A DNA stretch of 64,000 bases from an uncultured Desulfovibrionaceae bacterium (GCA_964371865.1 CAYJOR010000002.1:56465-120464); one strand, 5' to 3'; shown: positions 19,248-28,511, numbered from the stretch's first letter. Numbers and translations: made by a program. Notes: generated by a model not told the origin, from the sequence alone.

Positions 19248-19733
19248 TTACTTTACAAGATGATACGCAATTCGTTGTGAACCGTCTGCCACATAAATTA
19301 TACCACACTTTGTAAAATTTGTTTTTTCAAAAAGTTTTTGCATAGTAATATTGTCATTATGTGTATCACATCTCACGTTATCGACTTTAGTTAGACAGTA
19401 ATCCAGGCAAATTTTAAAAATATTTTTTACTTTTCCGTTACTTGCAATTCTATGAATAGTTCCATAATCCTCATCATTCAACCAAGCTCCATCATATATA
19501 ATGTTATAAGTTGGATCTTCACCTAATATGAATGCAAAAACAGCTACTACTTCATCGCCTTCAACACATACATACGAAACTTTTTTTGCAATATCACTTT
19601 CTATTAATTCTTTTTTGGGATAGCCGTTAATCCACTGTCCCGGGTTACCATTTTTATCCATATACGCTTTAGCAATAGCGTAAATATTCATAATTTCATC
19701 TAAATCTTCTTTAGTAGCGTGACGTATAATCAT
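19248..19733 (-). CDS. GNAT-family N-acetyltransferase
   Basis: 161 aa, MIIRHATKEDLDEI..., GNAT-like core. Confidence 0.7.
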   Translation of the reverse strand: MIIRHATKEDLDEIMNIYAIAKAYMDKNGNPGQWINGYPKKELIESDIAKKVSYVCVEGDEVVAVFAFILGEDPTYNIIYDGAWLNDEDYGTIHRIASNGKVKNIFKICLDYCLTKVDNVRCDTHNDNITMQKLFEKTNFTKCGIIYVADGSQRIAYHLVK

Positions 19734-19897
19734 AATTCTTCCTTCATTAGTATTGTAAATTTAAAATACAGAAAAATATATGAAAATCAAGTTGAAAATT
19801 AAACACAACAAAACTTTCAAATATAAATATAAGGGTATATACATTTTTTATTTTTTATGTTAAGTGTATCAGCATAAACTCAGAAAAAAGGGATTAT

Positions 19898-21397
19898 ATG
19901 TTAGACTTTGAAATTATAGCCTTATCCGCTGAAATGGAAATGATGGATAAAAAAACGACAGAAGTTCTTGGAATAACATTTCGTGACCTCATCAACAGTG
20001 CAGCTCAAGCATTTTGTAATGCCTTAGTAAATGATGTTATAATTCAAGATGTTGAACACATACTTATCCTCTGCGGTAACGGAAATAACGGTGCGGACGG
20101 TTACGCACTTGCACTCCTTTTAAATGAACGTGGTTTTGATGTTTCTGTTTACACTGTCGACCCAAATAAAGCACGTAGTAAAAATGCTCAGTTCATTTTT
20201 GAAAAATGCTTTTCTAATAAAAAAATTAAATTTGAATACGATATAGATTTCGCTCTTACACGTACAGATATGATTATTGACTGTGTGTATGGAACAGGGT
20301 TTAGAGACTGTTTTATTCCTCAAGTAGAAGTAGTTTTTCAAAAAGTAGCTTTGTCTAATACAAAAAAAGTTGCGCTTGATACTCCATCAGGTATTATAAC
20401 TGATACAGGTGAAGCGTGTAATTATGCCTTTAAAGCTGATTTAACTATCACTTTTGAATTTCTAAAATATTGTTTAGTTGCTGCATCTAGCAGAATTTAT
20501 GCCGGCAGAGTAGAAATTGTATCCGTAGGTTTTCCTGAAGAAGTGCGCGATAAATTACTCGAAAAAGGAAGACGTTATATTGTAAACGATCCTCTTTCAA
20601 AAGTTGTGCGCAAACCAGATGGCAATAAAGGTGATTTCGGAAAACTCCTTATGGTTTGTAGTTCTCGCACAATGACAGGAGCCGGATATTTTGCTGCTAT
20701 GGGCGCATTACGTACCGGAATAGGTCTTGTGTATTTTTCGTGTCCTGAAAACATTATGCCTGTTATGCAGACAAAACTTAATGAACCTGTCTTTCTTCCT
20801 TACGAACAGTATAGTATCGATTCCTTTATAGAATCTGTTGGTGATTTAAGTAAGTATACTGCCATTGTTCATGGTTGCGGAGTTGGTCAGCACGAAATAA
20901 CTTCTAAAATCAATGAATATCTTTTATTAAATTCTGAACAGCCTTGTATCTTTGATGCTGATGCTATTAATGCGCTTGTTGGTAACTTAGATCTATTACT
21001 TGAAAAAAAGTGTAAACTCATTCTAACTCCTCACCCTGCTGAAATGGCTAGATTGATAGGTAAAGATGTTGAATTTGTACAAAATAATAGATTAGATGTT
21101 GCTCGCGATTTCGCAAATGCTTACGACTGCGCTGTGATACTAAAGGGCGCAAGAACAAAAATTGCTCTTCCACGCGGTAAAGTATACATCAATCCTACTG
21201 TGAATTCAGGAATGGCAAAAGGCGGAACTGGTGATATTCTTTCAGGTATGGTTGCATCTTTAGTTGCTCAAAAGCATCCAATTGCAAAAGCTCTTGCTTC
21301 TGCGGTATTCAGACACGGTGAAAGCGGTGACAGAACAAGAGAAGTCCTTGGCGAGTCAGCTATGTTACCAACAGATATGCTAAATTACATTAGATAA
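19898..21397 (+). CDS. nnr: Bifunctional NAD(P)H-hydrate repair enzyme Nnr (epimerase + ADP-dependent dehydratase)
   Basis: N-terminal YjeF_N (CGNGNNGADGY) and C-terminal carbohydrate-kinase-like domain (GGTGDILSG). Confidence 0.9.
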   Translation: MLDFEIIALSAEMEMMDKKTTEVLGITFRDLINSAAQAFCNALVNDVIIQDVEHILILCGNGNNGADGYALALLLNERGFDVSVYTVDPNKARSKNAQFIFEKCFSNKKIKFEYDIDFALTRTDMIIDCVYGTGFRDCFIPQVEVVFQKVALSNTKKVALDTPSGIITDTGEACNYAFKADLTITFEFLKYCLVAASSRIYAGRVEIVSVGFPEEVRDKLLEKGRRYIVNDPLSKVVRKPDGNKGDFGKLLMVCSSRTMTGAGYFAAMGALRTGIGLVYFSCPENIMPVMQTKLNEPVFLPYEQYSIDSFIESVGDLSKYTAIVHGCGVGQHEITSKINEYLLLNSEQPCIFDADAINALVGNLDLLLEKKCKLILTPHPAEMARLIGKDVEFVQNNRLDVARDFANAYDCAVILKGARTKIALPRGKVYINPTVNSGMAKGGTGDILSGMVASLVAQKHPIAKALASAVFRHGESGDRTREVLGESAMLPTDMLNYIR

Positions 21398-21553
21398 TAT
21401 TTTATAACTTCTAATAAAAAAGGCTCATTATTTTCCAACAACTACGATGACTTTTACCTACCCACAAAATTAAATACTGTGAAATTTTAAATTTTACAAG
21501 GAAGGGATGGAAATTTGGAGGATAAACCTCAATGTGGGAAGAGTTCCCTTTCC

Positions 21554-21576
21554 AAAAACTGTGTTTTTCCCTCCCT
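21554..21576 (+). repeat. Copy of the dispersed AAAAACGTGGTTTCCCCCTC-like repeat
   Basis: AAAAACTGTGTTTTTCCCTCCCT. Compare the copies at 23361-23413, 23465-23485 and 23611-23633. Confidence 0.6.
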
Positions 21577-21664
21577 AAAATACAAAGTAGAGTCACATAA
21601 TTTCAATAAATAAACATAAACTCTTTGATTGCAATTTTTATAAAGCTATGACATATTTCGAGCT

Positions 21665-22594
21665 ATGAAGACACTAAATACACAAATTTCTATACTCTGC
21701 ATTGTAAAGCACGAACACAATGAAGCCTTACAAACTGCTATATTAATTGAAAAAAAACTTAAACTTTTTCAAGCCAACACTATTTGTGTATCGTCTCATG
21801 AGGAAAAAGAAAAAATTGTTGAAGCTGCGAAAAACTGTAAAGTCGCCCTTGTTATCGGAGGCGATGGAACAATGCTTGCGGCGGCACGAGCTCTGCACGA
21901 TTTTAAAATTCCACTCTTTGGTATAAACTATGGAAAAGTAGGCTTCCTTACAGAAGCTGATCCCAATGACTGGGAATATTGGATTGATAGAATTCTAAAA
22001 AATATTGCTGAACCATCTACAGATTCAAATAATTCTTTAGAAGAGAGCGAAAAACTCTTCATCGAAGAGCACATGCTTTTTGAATGCGAAGTAATTAGAA
22101 ATAATCATCTAATTTTTAAAGGTTATGCTGTAAATGATGTTGTAATAGCTAGAGCAAGCATAGCACGCGCTATATCTCTTTCGCTCTATATAAACAATAA
22201 TAATCTTAGTAATCTACGCTGTGATGGATTAATTATTTCTACACCTCTTGGTGCAACTGCCTATGCTATAGCGGCACATGGTCCGCTTGCTTTACCTGGT
22301 TTAGATGCTCTAATAATTACGCCTATTTGTCCATTTGCTGGAGCTTTTCCTCCTTGTGTAGTTTCGGGTTCTTCAATAGTAAGCGTTATTGCCGATGATC
22401 CTTCAACCCCTGTAGTTCTTACGCTTGATGGACAAGAAAGTATTCCTCTTGAATATCTGGATAAAGTAAATATTTCTGCCTCACCTAATCGAATGTCATT
22501 ATTTGTCAGCGATAAGGCTTGGTATGTTAAAAGATTAAATCAACGTGGCTATATAAAACCGGGTCCCGGTAGTCATAATAATACAAACGCATAA
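21665..22594 (+). CDS. nadK: NAD kinase
   Basis: GGDGTML motif, NDVVI, STPLGATAY. Confidence 0.92.
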   Translation: MKTLNTQISILCIVKHEHNEALQTAILIEKKLKLFQANTICVSSHEEKEKIVEAAKNCKVALVIGGDGTMLAAARALHDFKIPLFGINYGKVGFLTEADPNDWEYWIDRILKNIAEPSTDSNNSLEESEKLFIEEHMLFECEVIRNNHLIFKGYAVNDVVIARASIARAISLSLYINNNNLSNLRCDGLIISTPLGATAYAIAAHGPLALPGLDALIITPICPFAGAFPPCVVSGSSIVSVIADDPSTPVVLTLDGQESIPLEYLDKVNISASPNRMSLFVSDKAWYVKRLNQRGYIKPGPGSHNNTNA

Positions 22595-22610
22595 AAATAT
22601 AAGAGGAACT

Positions 22611-22850
22611 ATGACTGAAGATAATAAAGAATTTATTCCACCAAAACCAATAAGAGTACATCTTCAACCTGAAGAAAAAATTATTGAAATTCCTAAAAAA
22701 AGCGCTCGTACTGTTAAAAGATTATTAGAATTTCTTAATATCAAAGAATGTACTGCTATCGTAGTTCGCAATAATACTTTGCTAACTCCTGATTTACCAC
22801 TGTTCAATGGCGATGAGTTACTTGTTCGTAAAATTCAATCTACAGGATAA
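22611..22850 (+). CDS. Small 79-aa protein, possibly a beta-grasp (ThiS/MoaD-like) fold
   Basis: AAGAGGAA SD. 4-nt gap before the Ahb-like gene. Ends in STG rather than GG, so the family call is weak. Confidence 0.4.
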   Translation: MTEDNKEFIPPKPIRVHLQPEEKIIEIPKKSARTVKRLLEFLNIKECTAIVVRNNTLLTPDLPLFNGDELLVRKIQSTG

Positions 22851-22854
22851 TTAT

Positions 22855-23328
22855 ATGCAATTTACTGAAACTCAAGAAAAAATTCTTCATATTGTACAAT
22901 CAAATCTCCCCGACTCCCTCACCCCTTACGCCGACATAGCTAAAGAAGTTGGTTGCAGTGAAGATGAAGTGATAAACCTTCTTTCCTCTTTGAAAGAAGA
23001 AGGTGTTATTCGTAGGTTTGGTGCAAGTATAAAACACCAAAAAGTAGGCTACAACTTCAACGCTATGGTAGCTTGGAAAATTGATGACGCACTCATCACG
23101 GAAGCAGGGAAAATTGCTGCTACTTTTTCTAATATATCACATTGCTACCATAGACCCAGCCCTGATACATCCAAATGGAACTATACCCTCTTTACTATGA
23201 TTCACGGTATGGAAGAAAATGATATTCAAAATACTATTAATAAACTTATAGAAATAACAGAACTACAAGAGTACGCTATACTAGAAAGTATAAAAGAACT
23301 AAAAAAGACATCAATGAAGTATTTTTAG
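22855..23328 (+). CDS. Siroheme decarboxylase subunit (AhbA/AhbB, NirD/G/H/L AsnC-like family)
   Basis: [50 protein letters not shown], then HCYHR...[10 protein letters not shown]. This matches the alternative-heme-pathway decarboxylase pattern. Start trimmed to ATG 22855. Confidence 0.7.
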   Translation: MQFTETQEKILHIVQSNLPDSLTPYADIAKEVGCSEDEVINLLSSLKEEGVIRRFGASIKHQKVGYNFNAMVAWKIDDALITEAGKIAATFSNISHCYHRPSPDTSKWNYTLFTMIHGMEENDIQNTINKLIEITELQEYAILESIKELKKTSMKYF

Positions 23329-23360
23329 TTTTATAGTTAAAGAACTCTGCATAATTATTT

Positions 23361-23413
23361 TCGAGAGGGGGAAACCACGTTTTTGAGTCAAAAACGGTGT
23401 TTCCCCCTCTCGA
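23361..23413. repeat. Inverted pair of the dispersed repeat (24-nt arms, 5-nt loop)
   Basis: TCGAGAGGGGGAAACCACGTTTTT-GAGTC-AAAAACGGTGTTTCCCCCTCTCGA, with 2 mismatches between the arms. Confidence 0.85.
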
Positions 23414-23464
23414 GCGTAGAACGAGTTCTCTCCCCCTTCCTTAAAAACCATTTACTGGAATATC

Positions 23465-23485
23465 AAAATGTGGTTTCCCTTTTCT
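23465..23485 (+). repeat. Degenerate copy of the dispersed repeat
   Basis: AAAATGTGGTTTCCCTTTTCT. Confidence 0.5.
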
Positions 23486-23610
23486 AAAATTGTTGCTTAC
23501 TTAGAAGCTCTAATTATCACGCCATTCTAATTCATACATATAAAAATATTACAAAGATAACTAAAAGAAAAATCGATAGAAACTTGAATTAATACTAATT
23601 ATTTTTTAAG

Positions 23611-23633
23611 AAAAAACGTGGTTTTCCCCCTCA
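23611..23633 (+). repeat. Copy of the dispersed repeat
   Basis: AAAAAACGTGGTTTTCCCCCTCA, directly downstream of the radical SAM gene stop. Confidence 0.7.
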
Positions 23634-23638
23634 AGAAA

Positions 23639-24712
23639 TCATAAAATGTAATCACGTGCTTTAATTATAATTGAATCCTCATCATGCCAAAAAATTTTTC
23701 CTTTTACGATGCCTTTATCTGCCCAAAAATCTTTATTATTTTTGAAACTTAGATATCCCTTTGCTGCTAATGGAAACGTCCAAGTATAATTTATTTTCTT
23801 ATCAAGATTATATTCTTGGATAATATTTTCAATAGCAATTTGAGCTGCTCTTTCTTGAACTTTTTGCCCTAAAGATAAATCTTGTACACCAGCTAAAACT
23901 TTTTTATAAAAATCTTCTTCATAAGCAACTCCAATTCTTATTACGGGAATGCGTGCTTGCCATGTTTGATAGAGAGCTTGCGCCAAAAGCTCTATAATTA
24001 CAGACTGATTCCATACAGTATGAATATTTTCTTTCCACATTGCAGCGAGTTTTGTTCCCTCAACTACAAGGCATGGATAAAATCTCATAAAGTTAGGTTC
24101 TAAAGAAATAGATTTTTTGATATCATTCAGAAAATCATTTCTTTCCTGACTTGGTAAATTTGGTAGAAGTTGAATACCAAGCTCAAAACCATAGCTTTTT
24201 ACTTTTTTACATGCTTCCTCAGCGATATTTGATGTGTAATTTCTGTTTGAGGCAAATAAAGCTTTATCAAAAAAAGTTTGTATACCTAATTCTATAGTAT
24301 CAATACCTTTTCCTTTCATTTGGTTAAGTCTATCATCTTTGCAAGCATCTGGCCTTGTGGATATTCTTGCTTTTGCAATTAAGCTTTCATTCTTGCATTT
24401 TTCAACAAAATCTAGGCAAAGCTGAAACTCTTTTTCGGGAAGAGCAGAAAAAGTTCCTCCATAAAAGGCCAACTCTGATGATTGATTTCGATTTTTCTTT
24501 TCAAGTAGATGCTGATAAGTTTCTTCAAGCTGAGTTAGAATTTTTTCTGAACTCTTTGATGTGAAATCGTTATTAGTTCCTGTTTGCAGTGACTGATTAC
24601 AAAATACGCATATCTGAGGGCACCCAAAGAAGGGAATAAAAAAAGGAACAAGAGAATATTTTCTTTCTCTTCTTGTATTAATGTAAATAGGGGGAAAATT
24701 GCTTATAATCAT
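23639..24712 (-). CDS. Radical SAM protein (ELP3-like catalytic core, no GNAT domain)
   Basis: FIPFFGCPQICVFCNQ contains CxxxCxxC close to the N-terminus. 357 aa. Confidence 0.8.
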   Translation of the reverse strand: MIISNFPPIYINTRRERKYSLVPFFIPFFGCPQICVFCNQSLQTGTNNDFTSKSSEKILTQLEETYQHLLEKKNRNQSSELAFYGGTFSALPEKEFQLCLDFVEKCKNESLIAKARISTRPDACKDDRLNQMKGKGIDTIELGIQTFFDKALFASNRNYTSNIAEEACKKVKSYGFELGIQLLPNLPSQERNDFLNDIKKSISLEPNFMRFYPCLVVEGTKLAAMWKENIHTVWNQSVIIELLAQALYQTWQARIPVIRIGVAYEEDFYKKVLAGVQDLSLGQKVQERAAQIAIENIIQEYNLDKKINYTWTFPLAAKGYLSFKNNKDFWADKGIVKGKIFWHDEDSIIIKARDYIL

Positions 24713-24905
24713 AAAAAACGACGTTTTAAATAGTATTTTAGTTGTAAGTGAAAAAATAATTAACTGTAATGATTTTAAAATGTGCCTATAATCTTATTGA
24801 CTTAATACAAAAAACTAGATATATATATCTTAAAGTTATATGCAGATTTTTCTAGAAAGATAGCTTTAATGATTTTGTTTGTCTAGCTAAAAAAAGGCAG
24901 GAAAA

Positions 24906-25316
24906 ATGTCAGACTGTATTTTTTGCAAAATAATTCAAGGCGATATACCTTCCTCTAAAATTTATGAAACAGATAAGGTATTTGTATTCTTGGATATTGC
25001 TCCTATGAACTTTGGTCATGCACTTGTTATACCTAAATATCACAGTGAGACGATATTAGATTTACCCCTTGAATACGCACAAGATGCTTTAAAGGCACAG
25101 CAAAAAGTTGCAACAGCTCTTATGAAAGGACTTGGTGCAAGTGGTTTCAATTGTATTCAGAATAATTTTCCATCATCAGGTCAAGTAGTGCCTCACGTAC
25201 ATTGGCATATTATTCCAAGGTATGATGCGAAAGAGTTTCCAATGTGGAAACAAAGCGCATATACAGGCATTGAACACATGAAAGAAATTGCTGATAAAAT
25301 CACAGCTCATATCTAA
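24906..25316 (+). CDS. HIT-family (histidine triad) nucleotide hydrolase
   Basis: CIFCKII...HALVIPK...HVHWHIIPR. Confidence 0.9.
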   Translation: MSDCIFCKIIQGDIPSSKIYETDKVFVFLDIAPMNFGHALVIPKYHSETILDLPLEYAQDALKAQQKVATALMKGLGASGFNCIQNNFPSSGQVVPHVHWHIIPRYDAKEFPMWKQSAYTGIEHMKEIADKITAHI

Positions 25317-25380
25317 TAATCTCAATTTCTATTAATTAGTCGCAAGAAATTTACTATACAACCTTAGATTAGGAGGAATT

Positions 25381-25677
25381 ATGAACAAAGCACTCACAAA
25401 GGCTGATATTGTTGAAGCCGTTTATGAAAAAACTGAAAGAAATCGTGCAGAAGTAAAACAAATTATTGAAAACCTACTTGTACTAATGAAACAATCAATT
25501 AAAAAAGATCACTCATTACTCGTTAGTGGCTTTGGTAAATTTGAAGCTTATGAAAAAAATGCTCGTAAAGGGCGTAACCCACAAACAGATGAATCTATTA
25601 CACTCCCTCCTCGTAAAGTTGTGGTATTCAGACTTTCAAGAAAATTTAGAGTTGAACTCAACGGTGAAGAAGCATAA
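25381..25677 (+). CDS. ihfA: Integration host factor alpha / HU-family DNA-binding protein
   Basis: LTKADIVEAV...VSGFGKFEAYEKNARKGRNPQTDESITLPPRKVVVFR. AGGAGG SD. Confidence 0.85.
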   Translation: MNKALTKADIVEAVYEKTERNRAEVKQIIENLLVLMKQSIKKDHSLLVSGFGKFEAYEKNARKGRNPQTDESITLPPRKVVVFRLSRKFRVELNGEEA

Positions 25678-25712
25678 GCACGTAACCAGTTATATTCAAT
25701 GACAAATATTAT

Positions 25713-25750
25713 AAGGATACGTGAAACTTTTACATGTATCCTTTTTTCTT
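25713..25750 (+). terminator. ihfA intrinsic terminator
   Basis: AAGGATAC...GTATCCTT stem followed by TTTTTCTT. Confidence 0.7.
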
Positions 25751-25776
25751 CTTTATAAGCGTATTTTAAATAGGAC

Positions 25777-25805
25777 TTGACTTTATTGAGAATCAATACT
25801 ATTAT
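25777..25805 (+). promoter_or_regulatory. Candidate sigma70 promoter for the 115-aa ORF / prmC
   Basis: TTGACT-17 nt-TATTAT, 24 nt before ATG 25830. AT-rich background lowers specificity. Confidence 0.4.
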
Positions 25806-25829
25806 AAAGACAACAATAAAGGAGTCATT

Positions 25830-26177
25830 ATGCAATTAAAAGATTTTGCTGATTATACAATAGATTGGAATTTAGCCCCTGAAGATGCAGTTACACTTTA
25901 CCTTGAATGGGGAAATAATGATTGGCACGCAGAACATCCTCCTGTGCGCTCAAAAGACGATGTAGCGGTTTATTTTGTTATAGACCATTGGCTTGAAAAA
26001 CCTACTCTTCGCCTTGTTAAAAGAAATTCAGATGAGGCTATTGATTTGTTCTCATGCGATTTACCAGCCGAGCTTGAAGAAGAATTCCATGCTGATTTTG
26101 GTAAACTAAAAGGCGTTTCAATGCCACCTGATTACATAAAAAAATGGATTAAAATTCAAATGTATGGAAAAGAATAA
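25830..26177 (+). CDS. Hypothetical 115-aa protein, translationally coupled to prmC
   Basis: AAGGAG SD. Its stop overlaps the prmC start (TAATG). No family recognised. Confidence 0.55.
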   Translation: MQLKDFADYTIDWNLAPEDAVTLYLEWGNNDWHAEHPPVRSKDDVAVYFVIDHWLEKPTLRLVKRNSDEAIDLFSCDLPAELEEEFHADFGKLKGVSMPPDYIKKWIKIQMYGKE

Positions 26178-27031
26178 TGCAAACTCAAAGCTATAAACTA
26201 TGGCTAGAAAATGCAAGAAAATTATGTAGAAAGAATGGAGCAGAGCTATCTGCTCCTCTTATTTTATTGCAATTCTACACGCATAAATCAAAAGCATATA
26301 TCATTAGTCACGACGATAATGAATTACAAACTCATGAAATTGAAAAGCTAAACTTAATGCTTACTAGATTTTTCAATGATGAACCTCTCGCCTATATCAC
26401 AAACACAAAAGAATTTTATGGTAGAGATTTTTACGTAGATGAAAATGTTCTTATCCCACGCCCAGAAACAGAATTAATCGTTGATAATACACTAGCATAT
26501 TTCAATGATACACAATCACCTATCACTTTTTGTGACATAGGAACAGGTTCAGGCTGTATTGCAGTTTCAATTTTATCTGAAATGATCAATAGTTCTTGCA
26601 TAGCCTACGATATTAATCAAAAATCAATTAATATCGCTAAAAAAAATGCTGAATCTCTTCAAGTATCAAACAGAATTGAATTCATCCACTGCCCAATTGG
26701 AATAGCGCAAGAAGAAACAAAGTTTGACTGCATAGTTTCTAATCCACCATACATACCAGAAAATGAATATAAGAATCTCGATAAAAATGTAAAAAATTAC
26801 GAACCAGAGCACGCACTTACCTCTGGTATAAACGGTTATGAAATAATCTGGGAAGTGGTTAACTTTGCAGAAAAAAATTTAAAATCAGGTGGACTTTTGT
26901 TAATAGAGCATGGCTACAATCAATCCGAAGAAGTATTAGACTACCTTACTAAAACTACAAAATGGGTTGAAATTCAAGCCGTTATAGACTATGCAGGGAT
27001 AAAAAGAATTGCTAAAGCGGTTAAAAAGTAA
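26177..27031 (+). CDS. prmC: Release factor glutamine N5-methyltransferase PrmC (HemK)
   Basis: LIPRPETE, DIGTGSGCIA SAM motif, VSNPPYI catalytic motif. Confidence 0.9.
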   Translation: MQTQSYKLWLENARKLCRKNGAELSAPLILLQFYTHKSKAYIISHDDNELQTHEIEKLNLMLTRFFNDEPLAYITNTKEFYGRDFYVDENVLIPRPETELIVDNTLAYFNDTQSPITFCDIGTGSGCIAVSILSEMINSSCIAYDINQKSINIAKKNAESLQVSNRIEFIHCPIGIAQEETKFDCIVSNPPYIPENEYKNLDKNVKNYEPEHALTSGINGYEIIWEVVNFAEKNLKSGGLLLIEHGYNQSEEVLDYLTKTTKWVEIQAVIDYAGIKRIAKAVKK

Positions 27032-27166
27032 ACTTTAGTTGTTAAAAAACAACACTGAAATTAAGTCACTGTTGTTAAAAAGTCACAAAAAAAAATATAT
27101 AGATATAGTCTAGAAATGAAGTACGTATTCAAGCCATTATGAACGCCTTGAAAATTTAATTTATAT

Positions 27167-27182
27167 TGGCACACAACTTGCA
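27167..27182 (+). promoter_or_regulatory. Sigma54 (-24/-12) consensus element upstream of lpxC
   Basis: TGGCAC-ACAAC-TTGCA is an exact match to TGGCAC-N5-TTGCA. It ends 36 nt before the lpxC ATG. Confidence 0.55.
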
Positions 27183-27217
27183 ATATATCTCTTGATTTTA
27201 AGAAGATTGGGGGAATA

Positions 27218-28132
27218 ATGTTCCAAAGTACACTAGCAAAAACTGTTCAATTAAACGGAATAGGCTTACATTCAGGTGAAGAAGTTCGCATGAAGCTTTC
27301 GCCTGCACAAGCAAATTCTGGAATTATATTTACTCTACATTCTAAAAAAGGTGTATCAACTATAACTCCATCTCCGGAAGCAGTTACAACAACCGAGCTT
27401 GCAACCACATTAAGTATTGGTGACGCTTCATTATCAACAGTAGAACACCTTCTTGCTGCCATTCAAGGTTTGCAAATTGATAATATAAACATTCATGTTT
27501 ACGGAAATGAAGTTCCTATTCTTGATGGTTCTGCTCTACTTATTGTTGATGCAATACAAAAAGCTGGTCGTAAAACACTACCACAAGAAAGAGTATACGC
27601 TAAAATTACAAAACCTTTTTCTTTCATTGAAGGAAACAAAAGTATAGTTGCAAGACCTTATGATGGTCTATACATTGACTACACGATCGACTTTCCACAT
27701 CACTCTATAGGAAAACAAAGATATACAATAGATATCAATCAAAATTCATTCAAAGAAATTGCTAAATCTCGCACATTTGGATTTCTAAGAGAAGTTGAAT
27801 ACCTACACTCAAAAGGGCTAGCACTTGGTGGTTCTTTGGCTAATGCAATTGTCTTAGACGAAGAAGGCGTAATTAATCCTGATGGATTACGCCATTCTGA
27901 TGAGTTTGTACGTCATAAAATCTTAGATTTTGTTGGAGATATGGCAATGCTAGGTCTGCCACTACACGGTGCTTTTGAAGTTAAGTGTTCAGGCCATAAA
28001 CATAATAACCTATTCCTCCATGCACTTATCAAAAGCGATGCAATGGAACTTTCTAACGTAAATACTAAACAAATAAAGGATATGCACGAGTCTTATAACT
28101 GCATTCCACTCGTCGCTTATACAAGTATTTAG
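27218..28132 (+). CDS. lpxC: UDP-3-O-acyl-N-acetylglucosamine deacetylase
   Basis: QSTLAKTVQLNGIGLHSGEEV, TVEHLLAA, HKILDFVGD, GHKHN. Confidence 0.95.
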   Translation: MFQSTLAKTVQLNGIGLHSGEEVRMKLSPAQANSGIIFTLHSKKGVSTITPSPEAVTTTELATTLSIGDASLSTVEHLLAAIQGLQIDNINIHVYGNEVPILDGSALLIVDAIQKAGRKTLPQERVYAKITKPFSFIEGNKSIVARPYDGLYIDYTIDFPHHSIGKQRYTIDINQNSFKEIAKSRTFGFLREVEYLHSKGLALGGSLANAIVLDEEGVINPDGLRHSDEFVRHKILDFVGDMAMLGLPLHGAFEVKCSGHKHNNLFLHALIKSDAMELSNVNTKQIKDMHESYNCIPLVAYTSI

Positions 28133-28214
28133 GTTATTTTTTAAGAAATTTAGGAAAGTGTGATTTTTTTTCTTGACTATTTTTAAAAAAAGAACTATAC
28201 ATTCCAAATCATAC

Positions 28215-28291
28215 GCGCCCGTAGCTCAGTAGGATAGAGCAGTAGCCTTCTAAGCTATTGGTCAGGAGTTCGAATCTCTTCGGGCGCGCCA
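28215..28291 (+). tRNA. tRNA-Arg (anticodon TCT), CCA encoded
   Basis: Cloverleaf folded by hand: acceptor GCGCCCG/CGGGCGC, D arm GCTC/GAGC, anticodon stem GTAGC/GCTAT with loop CTTCTAA, T arm AGGAG-TTCGAAT-CTCTT, discriminator G, CCA. Confidence 0.93.
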
Positions 28292-28304
28292 CTTAAAAAA
28301 TAAT

Positions 28305-28330
28305 ACCTACTTTATGTAGGTTTTTTTTTG
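28305..28330 (+). terminator. Terminator after tRNA-Arg
   Basis: ACCTAC-TTTAT-GTAGGT followed by nine T. Confidence 0.5.
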
Positions 28331-28482
28331 CCTCATTTCTTCGTGAGAATTTCAAGGCATAGTTCAATAATTTGAACTTATAAAATAATTAGTAATATTT
28401 TTTGTACAGAATAATATGTATATTTGTATATAATTTTCAAACTTAAAAGTCATAATCAATTGAACATTGAAAGAGATTTTAG

Positions 28483-28511
28483 TTGACATAGACTTTAATA
28501 AATTATATAAT
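28483..28511 (+). promoter_or_regulatory. Candidate sigma70 promoter of the T1SS operon
   Basis: TTGACA-17 nt-TATAAT (both hexamers perfect), 57 nt upstream of the tolC-like ATG. Confidence 0.55.

Noticed and set aside
21411-21596. 61-aa minus-strand ORF in the nnr-nadK spacer
   Set aside because: No SD. It is composed of the dispersed repeat copies, with an odd composition (W/F/K-rich). More likely non-coding repeat DNA.
23361-23633. Possible CRISPR array suggested by the repeated G/C-rich motif
   Set aside because: Only four copies, in mixed orientation, with irregular spacing (5 nt, about 50 nt, about 125 nt), degenerate sequence and no cas genes. Treated as a dispersed or palindromic repeat instead.
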